Assembly (NCBI GenBank): GCA_010015805.1
Contig: ML978130.1
Location: 496,001 to 560,000 of the forward strand
Direction: 5' to 3'
DNA length: 64,000 bases
Source of the DNA: Rhizodiscina lignyota
Taxonomy: Eukaryota
Part shown: piece by piece, positions 13,417-25,442 of the stretch
How the letters are laid out: every line of letters starts with the position of its first letter
How positions within the stretch are numbered: the stretch's first letter is position 1
The notes under the pieces: generated by a model
The model's input: only the letters and a program-made list of their open reading frames with translations
What the model was told of the DNA's origin: nothing
Databases searched by the model: none
Position numbers and translations under genes: made by a program

Positions 13417-14412
13417 ATGGCCGCCGCCGCAGCGGTCGCAGCACAGACGAAGAGTGTGCAGCAGCGCATGCACTCTGCTTCCGACGCGCATCAGCCCTAC
13501 CCGCGCGAAAGCGACGTCACCAGCATCAAGCCGCCGATCGACCCACTGCTCGAGCAGGCCAATGTACAATTAATTATCGACGACGACAAGCCTGTGGATC
13601 CGTTCGCACATCTCAGACGGCCCATCGAATCCGTTCCCACCACCTTACCCACTCCTGCGCCGCCAAAATCCACCGCACACGCATCCCCATTCCTCGCCCT
13701 TCCCACAGAAATCCACCTCCTCATTCTACGACACTTGCCCTGGCCCGCGCAGTACGCGCTTAAACTGACAAACCGGTACTTCCACTCGATTCCGGAGCTC
13801 CCTGCGCCCATCGACTTCTTCCATCATCGATACCGGGGGAAGTCCTTCCAACAATCGCTGCTAATATCGTTATGCGCAGCGGGGATAGTGAAGCGCGGCT
13901 TCGAGCCGTGCTACGTGTGTAGGCGCTTTCGCTGGAAGACACGGTTTGAGATCGGGCAGTACCAGCGGAGCTTCCTGTGGTGCGACGGCGCCTCTGCGAC
14001 TGGGGCAGAGTGTGTAGGGATGGGCGGGGGTTATGGATACATGGGCGCGCTTGATGCTCAAGTGGGGGATGTATATGAGAATGGAAAATACTGCATCGAA
14101 TGCGGGGTCAAGGCTGGGAAGTACAAGGTCGGAGAGAAGATCGAGGTTGTGCAGGAGTGGAGCGATTACCACTCGGATCGGCAGAACGTGGTGGTGGAGC
14201 CACCGAGGGCTGTTGGGGAGCAGAGGACGCACACAGGCAAAAAGATTCTGTGCTTTGCGGGGATAAGGGCGGAGGTTGATGTGCAAGAGAAAATACCCCC
14301 AATTGCGCCTGCGAAGAAGGAATTGGTAGATGGAATAGATGCGGACACGGAGTTTGGGTTTTCAACTGCGTCGGAAGTAGCGCAGCGGAGATTGTTTGCA
14401 TTCTGTCTGTAA
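13417..14412 (+). CDS. F-box protein with Cys-rich C-terminal region (start uncertain: 13345 or 13417)
   Basis: F-box motif PFLALPTEIHLLILRHLPWPAQYALKLTNRYF followed by CxxC pairs (CYVC, CIEC). Confidence 0.8.
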   Translation: MAAAAAVAAQTKSVQQRMHSASDAHQPYPRESDVTSIKPPIDPLLEQANVQLIIDDDKPVDPFAHLRRPIESVPTTLPTPAPPKSTAHASPFLALPTEIHLLILRHLPWPAQYALKLTNRYFHSIPELPAPIDFFHHRYRGKSFQQSLLISLCAAGIVKRGFEPCYVCRRFRWKTRFEIGQYQRSFLWCDGASATGAECVGMGGGYGYMGALDAQVGDVYENGKYCIECGVKAGKYKVGEKIEVVQEWSDYHSDRQNVVVEPPRAVGEQRTHTGKKILCFAGIRAEVDVQEKIPPIAPAKKELVDGIDADTEFGFSTASEVAQRRLFAFCL

Positions 14413-14800
14413 ACTCGTGTAGTGTAGTAGACTACTTGTTTGATTCCCTTGAGCGCGCATTGTCAGCGGAGTTCTGGGAGAGAGAGGGATGTATAACTCG
14501 GGCTTTCTTACTTTTTTGGATAATCACCCATTTCCTCCGCACAATGGGTTCCTCGTTCCTGTTAAGCTCTTGTCCTGGAAGTATGCAACTGTACCCAAAC
14601 TTCCAAGCAAGACGTGTTTCAAGCTCATCCTATCGTCTCGCAGTAATCATCGCCGTGTCGCATGTCAAAACTTCGAAAGCACGCTTTATTCACGCCTTTT
14701 GCGTCATTTTTCGGCCAAATCGACGCCTGTCAATGTGATCGGTTCATCGTCCTCGTTATCCGTCACCTCTTCCAATTCAGATTCGTATTCAGAAGCGATA

Positions 14801-16112
14801 TCAGGAAAGTAGATCCGCAACTGCACTGTAATTAAATGTACTTGTTCTCCATCTTATGGGGGCAGTGTTAGACTCACCATTCATGGGCATCTCATCAATC
14901 TGAGTAGAGTAATACAACTCAATGTCCCTCAGAATCCTCACGTCCTCACTCGTGACGAAGTTGATCGCTACGCCCTTGCGACCAAACCTGCCGCTCCGGC
15001 CAATGCGGTGCAGGTAGTTCTCACGGTTGTTCGGCAGGTCGTAGTTGATGACGAGCGAGACCTGCTGCACGTCGATGCCGCGAGCCCACACGTCGGTGGA
15101 GATGAGCACACGCGAGTCACCCTGTCGAAATTCCTGCATGATGCTGTCGCGTTCCTTCTGCGGCATCTCTCCGTGCATGCTGCTTACCGTGAAATTGTTC
15201 TCGCGCATCTTGTCCGTCAGCCAGTCGACCTTGCGGCGCGTGTTGCAGAAGATGACAGCCTGCGTGATGGTCAAAGTGTCGTACAGGTCGCACAGCGTGT
15301 CGAACTTCCATTCCTCCTTCTCGACCGCGATGAAGTACTGCTTGAGGCCTTCGAGCGTCAACTCATCGCGCTTCACGAGGATGCGCACCGGGTCGGTCAT
15401 GAACTTCGTGGTCACCTCGAGCACGTCCTGCGGCAGCGTCGCGCTAACGACCACGACTTGCGTGGCGGGTGGGAGGTAGCGGTACACGTCGTAGATCTGC
15501 TCCTTGAAGCCCTTGTCGAGCAACTCGTCCGCCTCGTCCAGCACCAGCATCTTGATGTTCCTCGTGCGCAGATTGCGTCTGCGGATCATGTCTGCCACGC
15601 GTCCCGGAGTGCCAGACACGACGTGCTGGCCATAATCGAGCTTGCGAATGTCCTCGCCCACGTTGGTGCCGCCGATGCAGGCATGGCACTGCACGTTCAT
15701 GTAGTCGCCAAGTGCCATGACAACGGACTGGATCTGGGTCGCGAGTTCGCGCGTAGGGGAGAGAACAAGAGCTACATAATTGCATGTTAGTGTTTTGAAC
15801 CCTTGACGGCAGTTTTTGCAGCCTACCTTGGGTCTCGCGCACAGCGGTGTCGATAACTTGGAGGATGGAGATCGAGAACGTCGCAGTCTTGCCAGTGCCA
15901 GATTGAGCCTGCGCAATAGTGTCGCGTCCCTTGCAGATCTGGACAATGGCACGAGACTGGACCGCAGAGGGAGACTCGTAGCCGTATGCGTAGATGCCGC
16001 GCAGGAGGTTCTCCTTCAGGTGCATCGCCTCGAAAGTCGGCGCTACCGTCACCTCCTTGGAGGTGGAGAACTCCAAGCGGTCATCAGTCTTCTGATCGAT
16101 ACCGTCTGCCAT
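14801..16112 (-). CDS. FAL1: DEAD-box RNA helicase eIF4A-III / Fal1
   Basis: Motifs [44 protein letters not shown] and [10 protein letters not shown]; introns 15826-15772 and 14877-14821. Confidence 0.97.
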
Positions 16113-16362
16113 GTTGGATATCCGTTCGAGTGCAATTTGGGAGTTTTTGTGACTCAAGGTGGAGAGGTGGAAGGAGGTTGTTGTGGGGGTTGTTTGTTGC
16201 GAAGAAATATTGCTCGAGCTCGAAGGCAGCGCAGCCTCTGATTGGCTGCGGAATTTTTGAAGCTCAACTTTGCCTTTGGAATGCTCGCATGACTCAATCG
16301 CACACATACAAAACCCCACTCTTCCCGCAGTCTCGTTTTTATATCCTAAGACAAATTTCAGA

Positions 16363-18279
16363 ATGGCACCTTCAGCAGACGAGCAGATCAAGGAGTGGCA
16401 GGACCGCTCCAGAGCCTTCTCCTCCAAAGACCGCAAGGCCCTCGAGACCCCACTGCAAGAGCTCGACGCACACCTCACCCTACGCTCATACATTGTGGGA
16501 TACACTCAGACAGACGCCGATATTGTCGTCTGGACGGCCATTCGCGAAAACCACATTGCGCAATCCTTCATCAAGCAAGGCACGTACGTCAATCTCACGC
16601 GATGGTTCAAGTTCATCGAAGACACCAACCCCTCCCTGGCTCTACCACAACGCGGGGTGAAAGAGGCGAAAGGCGGCAAAGAGAAGGAAAAGGTGGACAA
16701 GTCGCAGGACAACTCCTACGACATTGGCCTTCAGGATGTCGAGAAGGGCGTCATTACTCGTTTCCCACCTGAGCCATCAGGCTACCTGCACATCGGCCAC
16801 GCCAAAGCTGCTCTGCTGAACGACTATTTCGCGCACGAGAAGTACAAGGGCACACTGCTGCTGCGATTCGATGATACAAACCCCATAAAAGAAAAGCAAG
16901 AGTTTCAAGATGCGATTGTTGAGGACCTGGCCTTGATGGGCATCACTCCGGACAAGACGTCCTACACGTCAGACTATTTCCAAGAGCTGTACGAGTACTG
17001 CGTCCAGGCTATAAAAGACGGGCTTGCGTATGCCGATGACACTCCATCTGAGAAAATGCGCGCAGAGCGCATGGACGGCATTGCCTCGGAGCGACGAGAC
17101 GCCTCCGTCGAGGAAAATCTCGCGCGATTCGAGGAGATGAAGAAAGGAACAGAGGAAGGCAAGAAGTGGTGCATCCGCGCGAAGATAAGCGTAGATGACT
17201 CTAATAAGGCCCTCCGTGATCCTGTCATCTACCGCTGCAGTGCTGAAGCGCATCATCGTACCGGCGATGCGTGGAAGATCTATCCAACATACGACTTCTG
17301 CTGCCCGATTGTCGATGCAATGGAAGGCGTCACCCACGCGCTGCGTACAACTGAATACAAAGACCGCGACGCGCAGTACCAGTGGTTCATCAAGTCCCTC
17401 AAGCTGCGCAACGTATACAATTGGGACTTCTCGCGCCTCAACTTTGTGCGTACGCTGCTCTCGAAGCGTAAGCTTACTAAGTTTGTTGATACCGGCTTTG
17501 TCTGGGGATGGGACGATCCACGTATGCCAACTGTTCGTGGGATTAGGAGGAGAGGCATGACCATCCCCGCCTTGCGCGAATTCATCCTCAAACAAGGCCC
17601 TTCAAAGAATATCGTCAATTTGCAATGGGACCAATTCTGGGCCATCAATAAGAAATACATTGACCCCATCGCCGCGCGTTACACCGCCGTCGACTCCGTC
17701 GATAAAGTCCCTGTCACCGTGGTCGGGGCGCGTGCTGCGCCGTACAGCGAGGAGAAGGACAAGCACGCGAAGAACAAGGAGCTCGGCACAAAGAAGGTCG
17801 TCTACAGCCAGAACATCATTCTCGACCAAGCCGACGCCGCGAGCTTTGAGCAGGACGAGGAGATCACGCTGATGAACTGGGGCAACGCGATCGTGCGGAA
17901 AATCTCGCACTCTATCAACCCGCTGAAACTCAAGACCGTCACATCTCTGGAACTAGAATTACATCTTCAAGGCGATGTCAAGAAGACGAAGAAGAAGGTG
18001 ACGTGGCTGAGCACTGATCAGGAACTCGTGCCTGTGGAGATGGTGGACTTCGACTATCTAATCACAAAGGATAAGCTTGGGGACGAGGACAATTATGAGG
18101 ATTTCTTGACGCCCAAGACGGAGTTCAGGACAGAGGCGCTGGCGGATTGCAATGTTGCGAGTCTGAAGGTGGATGATATTATTCAGTTTGATCGGAAGGG
18201 TTTCTTCAGAGTCGACAGGGCTTTTGCGCATGGGAAGCCAGCGGTGCTGTTCCAGATTCCAACCGGGAAGGCGAAATAA
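16363..18279 (+). CDS. GUS1: Cytoplasmic glutamyl-tRNA synthetase
   Basis: Intronless ORF with a GST-like N-terminus, [16 protein letters not shown] (HIGH motif), LRFDDTNP and LSKRKL. Confidence 0.97.
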   Translation: MAPSADEQIKEWQDRSRAFSSKDRKALETPLQELDAHLTLRSYIVGYTQTDADIVVWTAIRENHIAQSFIKQGTYVNLTRWFKFIEDTNPSLALPQRGVKEAKGGKEKEKVDKSQDNSYDIGLQDVEKGVITRFPPEPSGYLHIGHAKAALLNDYFAHEKYKGTLLLRFDDTNPIKEKQEFQDAIVEDLALMGITPDKTSYTSDYFQELYEYCVQAIKDGLAYADDTPSEKMRAERMDGIASERRDASVEENLARFEEMKKGTEEGKKWCIRAKISVDDSNKALRDPVIYRCSAEAHHRTGDAWKIYPTYDFCCPIVDAMEGVTHALRTTEYKDRDAQYQWFIKSLKLRNVYNWDFSRLNFVRTLLSKRKLTKFVDTGFVWGWDDPRMPTVRGIRRRGMTIPALREFILKQGPSKNIVNLQWDQFWAINKKYIDPIAARYTAVDSVDKVPVTVVGARAAPYSEEKDKHAKNKELGTKKVVYSQNIILDQADAASFEQDEEITLMNWGNAIVRKISHSINPLKLKTVTSLELELHLQGDVKKTKKKVTWLSTDQELVPVEMVDFDYLITKDKLGDEDNYEDFLTPKTEFRTEALADCNVASLKVDDIIQFDRKGFFRVDRAFAHGKPAVLFQIPTGKAK

Positions 18280-18517
18280 AGAGCTGAAAACACTGTAACG
18301 AGGTTAATGCTGTGATGGCGCTTTAAACGGTTCAATGTTGCTTCTTCCGCCGCATGATTAGGGCGCTTACTGGAATCGCGTTGTGTGCAACGAGGGACCG
18401 TCCTGGGCCTTTGTGCCGAGCGAATTCAAATCATCGTGCACTAGAGGTTAGAAGATCGGCAACGCAAAATGAAAGTTCTTTGATGGTATTTCTTACTTCT
18501 CTAACAATCGCAGCAAA

Positions 18518-19489
18518 TTATATCTTTGCTTCCTTACCCCCTCTTACCTTCAAATTCCTCTTCGCATCCTCCAAACTCTTCCGCAACCGCGTCTCATACT
18601 CGTCTTTCAGTTTACCCGTGACCGGCCCGATGGACACCATATGGTGCTGACATACAGAGAAAAGCTGCTTCCCATCGACAGATTCCATCCGCGCCTCTAT
18701 ATACACCATCGTCTTCCCTATTGAGACGATGCGCGAGTGTAGCCGCACGGTGGTTCCCAAGTCGATAGCGCGCAGGTAGGTAAGGTTCATGCTCTTGGAG
18801 ACGAAAAGCCCGATGCTGTGTAGCCCAGTTACTCACTGAGAGAATGAGGGGATATGCTGTTTTTAGAACCAGGGTACCGAACTCGAGGATACATGTGCTC
18901 GTGCGAAGAAGGAGATGATATAGAGAACTTCGACCAATGCATGACTTACTCCCAAACCCCAGGTCTTGTCCCGAATGTAAGCACGTTCCACGACGTGGCA
19001 AAGTCTACTCAACTGACGATAAGTTCCGATCATTCTATGTCTTCCAAAAGAATTCTCATACCATAGAATGCACCAGCCGCGCCTCCATGCAGCCATCCTA
19101 TGGTGGAGATCAGTCTTCGAGTACTTCCGCCGAGAGAGCCGCTCAAGACACACCCACATGGTTGCAATACTCTTGCGTTGCCGTGAACTCCAGCACAATC
19201 GATCTATCCGCACCAGCATCAATAGGCTTTACTATTTCGGCGAGTCGGACATCTGAGGTCTATGGTTATACCTTATTAGCCAGATAATTCTCCGTCAAGA
19301 GGCTCGAAATGTGCGACTGGGGCTCGACTGACGCGGTCTTCACGAGGTGTATTTTCTTTCAGCACTTCCTCTGTAAAACTGTCCAATAGATTAGCGACAG
19401 ATTTTTTGGAATATTCGGTATTGGAAGGGTTACCGTATACGCGCAGCTTCGAAACCGATCAGTGCCTTGGTCTTGTCGTCCAGCGTCAT
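18518..19489 (-). CDS. PaaI/hotdog-fold thioesterase with several small exons (model approximate)
   Basis: Exon pieces read MTLDDKTKALIGFEAARI, IVLEFTATQEYCNH, WLHGGAA and MNLTYLRAIDLGTTVRLHSRIVSIGKTMVYIEARME, separated by short GT-AG introns. Confidence 0.75.
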
Positions 19490-19846
19490 CGCGAGTGTGG
19501 GTGAGAATAACGCGATGGCTGAAACAATTCGGAGTGCGAGTACGTCCCCATGTTGGATTGGTATCGAAAAAAATTATTATTTACAATGTGCTAAGATTCG
19601 CGTTTCGTGAGATCAGATTGTAGTCGTGTACCACACTAACGTTCTAAAGTCAGCAGAGTAAGACGGAAGTCGGACCTCAGTAGGAATAAGCACGGAAGTA
19701 CTTTGCGAAAACCAGATTGGTGGAGCCGGCACTACAAAGCAAATAGCCAAATTCGCCTATTTAGGCCATGATGCCTCGAGTGCAAATAGAAAGCGGAAAT
19801 AGGTAGGCCCAAAAATCTTCTCAACTGGTATTGTAGTTTCTTTATA

Positions 19847-21130
19847 TTACTCAACAAGATACATAAACTTTTTCCACCCCCGTCTCTGAATATGTTCTCC
19901 TTCAGCATCTATGACCTCCTGCAGCCCCATTTACAAGTCCACGTCTGCCGGTTTCCATGCCCAGGGGATCATGTCGAAACACTAATCGATGGCCAAAATA
20001 TAAGATCAGAAACGCTGGGATGCCGATATACGCGGTGAAGAAGCCGCTCACAGACCATTCCTGGGGGAAGAAGACTGTGAAGCCGTTGATCAGGATGAGG
20101 AAATCGAATCCGAAGATGCCAATTCGCGCTCCCCAAGGTTGCATGTTCGACCGGTATGGCGGCGTGATGCCCTGCTTCTGCATCGCTTTGCGAAATCGGA
20201 AGTAGATGATGCAGCAGCACGTCCAGCTGATGAAACCGGAGGTATTTGTCAGGTTCACGAACCAGTTGAACACTACCAATGCGCCTTTACTGACAGCCAT
20301 GTAGGATAGTGCAGCGAAGCACGAGCTTGCTATGAGTGCCATGTAGGGCAGGCCGTATCTGTTGCAGGCTTTGAAGATGGATGGCGCATTGCCGGATACG
20401 GCGAGCGAGTAGAGAGATCTGGTTGACATGTAGAGGTAGGAGTTGCCTGCACTCCATGCCGATGTGAGAATAACCGCGTTGACGATGCTGTCTAAGATTG
20501 GAATGCCGGCATTTTTTATCCCTATAACAAATGGTAAAGATCCTGCTCCTGCGCCACCACTCGTTAGTCGAGCGTCACTCGAAGGGCAAATAACGCCAAT
20601 TGCAATCGCACCGAAGATGTAAAAGAATATCAGACGGTAGAAGTAGCGGCGTGCTGCTTTGAGAATATTTTGTCGTGGGGATTGTATCTCGCCAGCTGTG
20701 ACAACGATGAGTTCTGGCGCGAACAGGAAGGCGAATGCGCTGAGGACAGTGCATTTAAGTAGAGTGACAAAGCGGCCTGTACCTGCACCGACAATATACG
20801 TGTTGGCGGCGCCTGGGTGCTTCCAGTAATGGAACCTGCGGGTTTAGATAACCACAGTTCCGAGATCTTCTCAAATGGATTTGTCCGCAACGCACCCCAT
20901 CACTCCATGCTGATTTGGCCCTCCTCCCCAGTGCCGATGGTGCCTCCCAAGGCCATCATCTGGACATGGTGGGACTTCAGACCACGCTGCGTCTTCTCGA
21001 GGAGGTCGGCTTCGACTAGCGCGCGGATGGCATTGTGCTTCTCGTCTATACTGTAGGGATAATTTTCAGGGTCGTTAACGCCAATGGACTCTAACTGAGT
21101 TTGATACTCGGTCTCTTTTGTCGCGGCCAT
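19847..21130 (-). pseudogene. APC/YAT-family amino-acid permease (proline-permease-like) pseudogene
   Basis: RGLKSHHVQMMALGGTIGTG is fused out of frame near 20928 to GGGPNQHGVMG|FHYWKHPG, so the N-terminal TM block is missing. There is also a +1 frameshift at about 19965 and an in-frame TAA at 19931-19933 in the ancestral tail. Confidence 0.9.
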
Positions 21131-22044
21131 GGTGCCGCTTGTTCGATGTAGAGGAATTGAAATGAGAGCACAACAATCAAGCATGCGAAATTCAGAATCT
21201 CTCAAAGAAGATCTTGGAGGATCAAGGAGGACAATAAACTCAGAAAGAAATAAGATCGAAAGTGAGGTCGGAGTAATCGACCTTGTATACGAAGTGCCGT
21301 ACATGACTGTGGGGTAGGCGTGCAGCATTACACCAACTGCGAGTCTGTGACTCCGAAAACCCTGGCTCTATACTGAGGCCTTGTATGATGAGCATTGTTT
21401 TCGACAAAACAGGAAGCCAGAGGCCAATGTACTTGTATGAAAGAGGTTAAGTTACGTAAATTCGCCTAGGGACGGGAGAAAATGCGGAGCAATATTCCTG
21501 CGGATCTTCCCGATTAGATAAGATTAGATATTCTGAGCTCTAAAAAGCCAATGAATTTTTTGAGCCAGACGCACTTTGAGTGATCGAATTTTCCCGGTCT
21601 GTTCTCAGTGTGGACGTAGAATAACTACAATTTGCTATTTCGCAGTTTCCATGCTCTCGAAAGGAATTGGAAAGAATATTGAGTGCAGAACCCTGCTTCA
21701 AGACTTAGTGATCCAATTTGTAGTAAGGCCTTGGAAAATGCTCGAAAGCTTTATAATGCAAGTTCGCCAAGTCCGGTGAATGTGTCCTGGTGCTCTGACC
21801 GTCTCTCAGCCATGCGTTCAAGGCTGATAGGAGCTACCTCAATCTGGCCGCTGGCCTCCAATGTTGTCGAATAGTGTCAATAGTCAACAGTACCGAGATC
21901 CGATGTTGTCGCCATTGCTGAGAGATATTCGTATAGTCATTCGAAACCATTTCGATTTAGTGATCGGTCGTGCGTCTATGGAGCGATTAGGCAGAGCCAT
22001 TCATAAGGGAACTGGGCTCAGATATCCTACCTGTACCCTGAGTC

Positions 22045-22767
22045 TCATATACTAGCTTGTATTTCCCCCTCCTGATTGTCTGCATCTGGTGGCATATACG
22101 ACTGGCCTGGGTACGATGGCATCTGGATGCTGTCGCTGCTGACCGTTGGCACATCTATGGTTCCGGATCGAATCTCGAGCTTCCGCGGCTTTCGGTTTGG
22201 GTTCCTGGGTCTGTGTCTCGGGTCGTTCGTGGCAGCCTCAGCTGGAGCATCTTTACCGCATTTCGCAGCGGCCTTCTTTGCAGCAGCTTCTTTTTTCAAC
22301 CGATCCTCTTCCACAATGGCATCTGCAACTTCTTCAGGATCTGCTTCCTCGAACTTTATCTGCTTCCCGCCCAGTTTGATGAAAGGCCCATGTACTGCGC
22401 CCACACCAGTTCCTACTAGTGCACCCACGCCTGTCGTAGGTAGTGCTACCAGACCACCCAGTAGCACCCCAAGAACCGCTCCCAGCCCCACGCCAACCCC
22501 AGCACCGATACCTGTACCCGATATAAGACCCTGATAATAGCCAGCTGCCATGCGCCGAGCAGCCCCGCTGGCCTCCCCATGAGTCGACACCTCTTTCTCG
22601 TAAGCGTCTTTCACATATCTCTCGCGTTGCTTGGAGTTGGTAAGCGTGGATGCCTTTGACTTCAAATCGGTGGCTGTCGATTGGGCTTTCTGCGCGTTTT
22701 GGAGGGCCTGGACTTGCTTCACCAGCTCTGCTCTGTTGGGGAGCTGTCCAGCGTTACCGCCGGCCAT
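22045..22767 (-). CDS. Glycine-zipper membrane protein of unknown function
   Basis: 240-aa ORF containing GLISGTGIGAGVGVGLGAVLGVLLGGLVALPTTGVGALVGTGVGAVHG (GxxxG repeats); TATA-like element at about 22816-22822. Confidence 0.8.
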   Translation of the reverse strand: MAGGNAGQLPNRAELVKQVQALQNAQKAQSTATDLKSKASTLTNSKQRERYVKDAYEKEVSTHGEASGAARRMAAGYYQGLISGTGIGAGVGVGLGAVLGVLLGGLVALPTTGVGALVGTGVGAVHGPFIKLGGKQIKFEEADPEEVADAIVEEDRLKKEAAAKKAAAKCGKDAPAEAATNDPRHRPRNPNRKPRKLEIRSGTIDVPTVSSDSIQMPSYPGQSYMPPDADNQEGEIQASI

Positions 22768-23103
22768 GATGTTTGTTAGCTCAGGTAACACATGAGTCTT
22801 GGTGAGCTGTGGTCTTATATAAAGTTTTGGGGAGCTACGTCACCGGCTAAACATGCAGGTGAAGTTCAAGGCTTTCTGGCGCCACGTGCATTGCACTTAT
22901 ACTAAATTGATTAGCGCACGCCACATCGTGGCACTAGCTCGCTTCAAAGCTTCGCTTGCTTGCAGCGCCCTTTCCCCACATTCAACCTTCGAAAACGTAA
23001 CTTCCTCGCAACGATTTGTCTATCTATGTAGGTGCCAGCTTTGAGAATAAATTCATCATATATACAGTATTTCATTACTCTCTGCACGGTTCAACGCACA
23101 ACC

Positions 23104-24405
23104 ATGGATCAAGCCCGTCGCGGCGAAGAGGCCCTCAAAGCAGGCGACTATGCCACTGCTGCGCGTGAGTACACAGCGGCCATACACCAGAACCCCAGAG
23201 CCGTATCCTACTACCAGAAGCGAAGCACTGCCTACCGTCGATCATCACCCCCAGACTACGCCAACGCCCTGAAAGACGCCGAAGTTGCCGTTAAGCTTGC
23301 GATACAACGACAGAACCGCACGCTCATAGGCGATACACAGCTTGACAGGGCAATTGTGCTGTTCCAGCTGGAGCGGTATGGAGATGCGGCCTTTGTTTTT
23401 GCAATAGTGAGGAGGAAGAATGATAAACTCAAGACACTGGACATTTGGGAGGCGAAGACCAAAAACAAGCTTAAGGCGTTGCCTGAAGGTGACAAGAAGG
23501 CAGAGGTCACCATGACCGAAGAGCCGGATGTTCGTGTACCCACAGAGGCGGACTTGAATCCTGTGTCGGAAGCAAAAGCTGGGGCAGACAAGAAAGAAGT
23601 GAAGGATGCTGGAGCACAAGAGTCGACAAAATCAGCTGGTGACTCGCCTCTGCCGGCAACGAACGCAGCTACCACCGTTGCACCGTTGCTAAATTCGAAG
23701 ATTCGCAACGAGTGGTACCAGAACCCGAGCCATGTCTTCATCACTATTTTTGCGAAGGGTGTCAGCCCGGATAGCGTGACTCACCAGTTCGAGGAGAAAT
23801 CTACGGAAGTTTCATTTCCTGTGTCAGACGGCTCTACCTATGACTTTACGCTGGATCCCCTCTACGGACCAATCAACCCCTCTAACTCGACTTGCACCGT
23901 CTTTTCGACGAAGATTGAACTCAAGCTTGAGAAAAAGCGCACGCTGACTTGGAAGGCCCTCGAAAGCGATGATCTTTCTCCTAAGGAGTCGACCGAAGAG
24001 AATGATTCCAAGCTCAAGACCTCTTTGACCGCTCAAGAGAAGGAGAATACCGCGACCAAGACTATCCAGCAAGCAAAGGCACCCGCATATCCCACATCGT
24101 CGCGTTCCGGTCCGAAGAACTGGGACAAGATTGCCGACGACCTCACAGCAGTCCGCAAAGACAAAGACGATGGTCCCACAGAAGAGAATACTTGGACCGA
24201 GGCTGATGAAGACGAGCTGGATGGCCCAGATAGCTTCTTCAAGAAGCTGTACGCGGGTGCAAGCGACGACGCGAAGCGCGCAATGATGAAGAGCTATGTC
24301 GAGAGCAATGGGACGGCGCTGAGTACAGATTGGTCAGACGTGAGTAAGAGGAAGGTCGAAACAGCGCCACCAGATGGTATGGAGGCCAGAAAGTGGAACG
24401 AGTAA
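23104..24405 (+). CDS. SGT1: Hsp90 co-chaperone Sgt1 (TPR-CS-SGS)
   Basis: N-terminal TPRs, CS domain (IRNEWYQ..KIELKLEK) and SGS domain (YPTSSRSGPKNWDK, FFKKLYAGASDDAKRAMMKSYVESNGTALST). Confidence 0.96.
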   Translation: MDQARRGEEALKAGDYATAAREYTAAIHQNPRAVSYYQKRSTAYRRSSPPDYANALKDAEVAVKLAIQRQNRTLIGDTQLDRAIVLFQLERYGDAAFVFAIVRRKNDKLKTLDIWEAKTKNKLKALPEGDKKAEVTMTEEPDVRVPTEADLNPVSEAKAGADKKEVKDAGAQESTKSAGDSPLPATNAATTVAPLLNSKIRNEWYQNPSHVFITIFAKGVSPDSVTHQFEEKSTEVSFPVSDGSTYDFTLDPLYGPINPSNSTCTVFSTKIELKLEKKRTLTWKALESDDLSPKESTEENDSKLKTSLTAQEKENTATKTIQQAKAPAYPTSSRSGPKNWDKIADDLTAVRKDKDDGPTEENTWTEADEDELDGPDSFFKKLYAGASDDAKRAMMKSYVESNGTALSTDWSDVSKRKVETAPPDGMEARKWNE

Positions 24406-25442
24406 ATGGGTTGAAACATCGCTTTCCTTGGCATTTAATATGGAACGGTCCTGCCACTATAGCGAGGCTGCAGATATCAACTGCGTGGCAACTTGCATTC
24501 AACAGGCGTATCTCTGTGTATTGCCATTCAGCGGAGTGTGTTATAGCGAAGGTGTTCGGCCATTGGGTACTTAAGGACATTAAGTACGGTATGTCTGCTA
24601 TAAGCTTAGCTAGTAACTGCTACAAAATCCAACCAGCTCTCAGCGGCATCGTTTCTCCGTCAATATCCACTTTCACAATTAGTTGGCAGAAGAATATTCT
24701 CTGTAGTCAAGTATATGTACTTCTTCACTATTCTATTTTAGGTTGAAATATTCGGCGGAAACTAGCCGCAAATTGTCTGGTGCTGCCAAGGCCCCCGACT
24801 CCACAGACTTTCCACCTCCGTTGTACTATAATTTATTCACTTCTCCGTCGTCAGAGATAACTTGCTCAGGATGGCGCTCGTGTTCTGGCTCCATTCAATT
24901 TGCCACTCATATTCAACGGCCATTTGCACGATGCGAGGATCAGTTCAACGATTGAGTAGCCTGCTCTGTGCCAACTACGTGGAATGGACTCCCTGGAAAG
25001 TGCCCTACGAAAGTGCAGGCTTTTCCCGCCATTTACGGGGACGTGCGATAGCCTAGCCTTAAAATCCAGAAGATGACTAGACGCGGCTTACGTGCTTTCG
25101 TAAAGAGGTTGACATGTTCTTTGTTGGTGTTCCAGTTCTGTCGCAGGTGTGATGAAACGGATAATGAGGGCGGCGGGGGCTGAAAGGTTTACTCGATCAA
25201 ATACATGCAGAGGTCGCCACATTTCCAACTATTTTACAACCTTTCCTACAACATCTTCATTTGTCAACGAATTTGAGGGGCCAGTAATGACTCTATCGCC
25301 GCGTCGCTCGTATTAGCGAAGTTTGGGCTTACATTGACAACGAATACTAGCTCAATTCCCTCCTCATAAGGTTGTATTGAACACCCCAATACATTGGTGA
25401 TTGGGCGATCAGCTGAAGAGTAAAAACTCTGCTATTTTCAAC

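Noticed and set aside
15008..15790. Long antisense ORFs over FAL1 (and similar ones over DUF3405, GUS1 and the AKR at 2610)
   Set aside because: Shadow ORFs from strong GC3 codon bias on the coding strand; no protein-like motifs.
21512..21530. GATTAGATA direct repeat as AreA/GATA sites for the permease
   Set aside because: Plausible but too short to support without conservation data, and the gene is dead.
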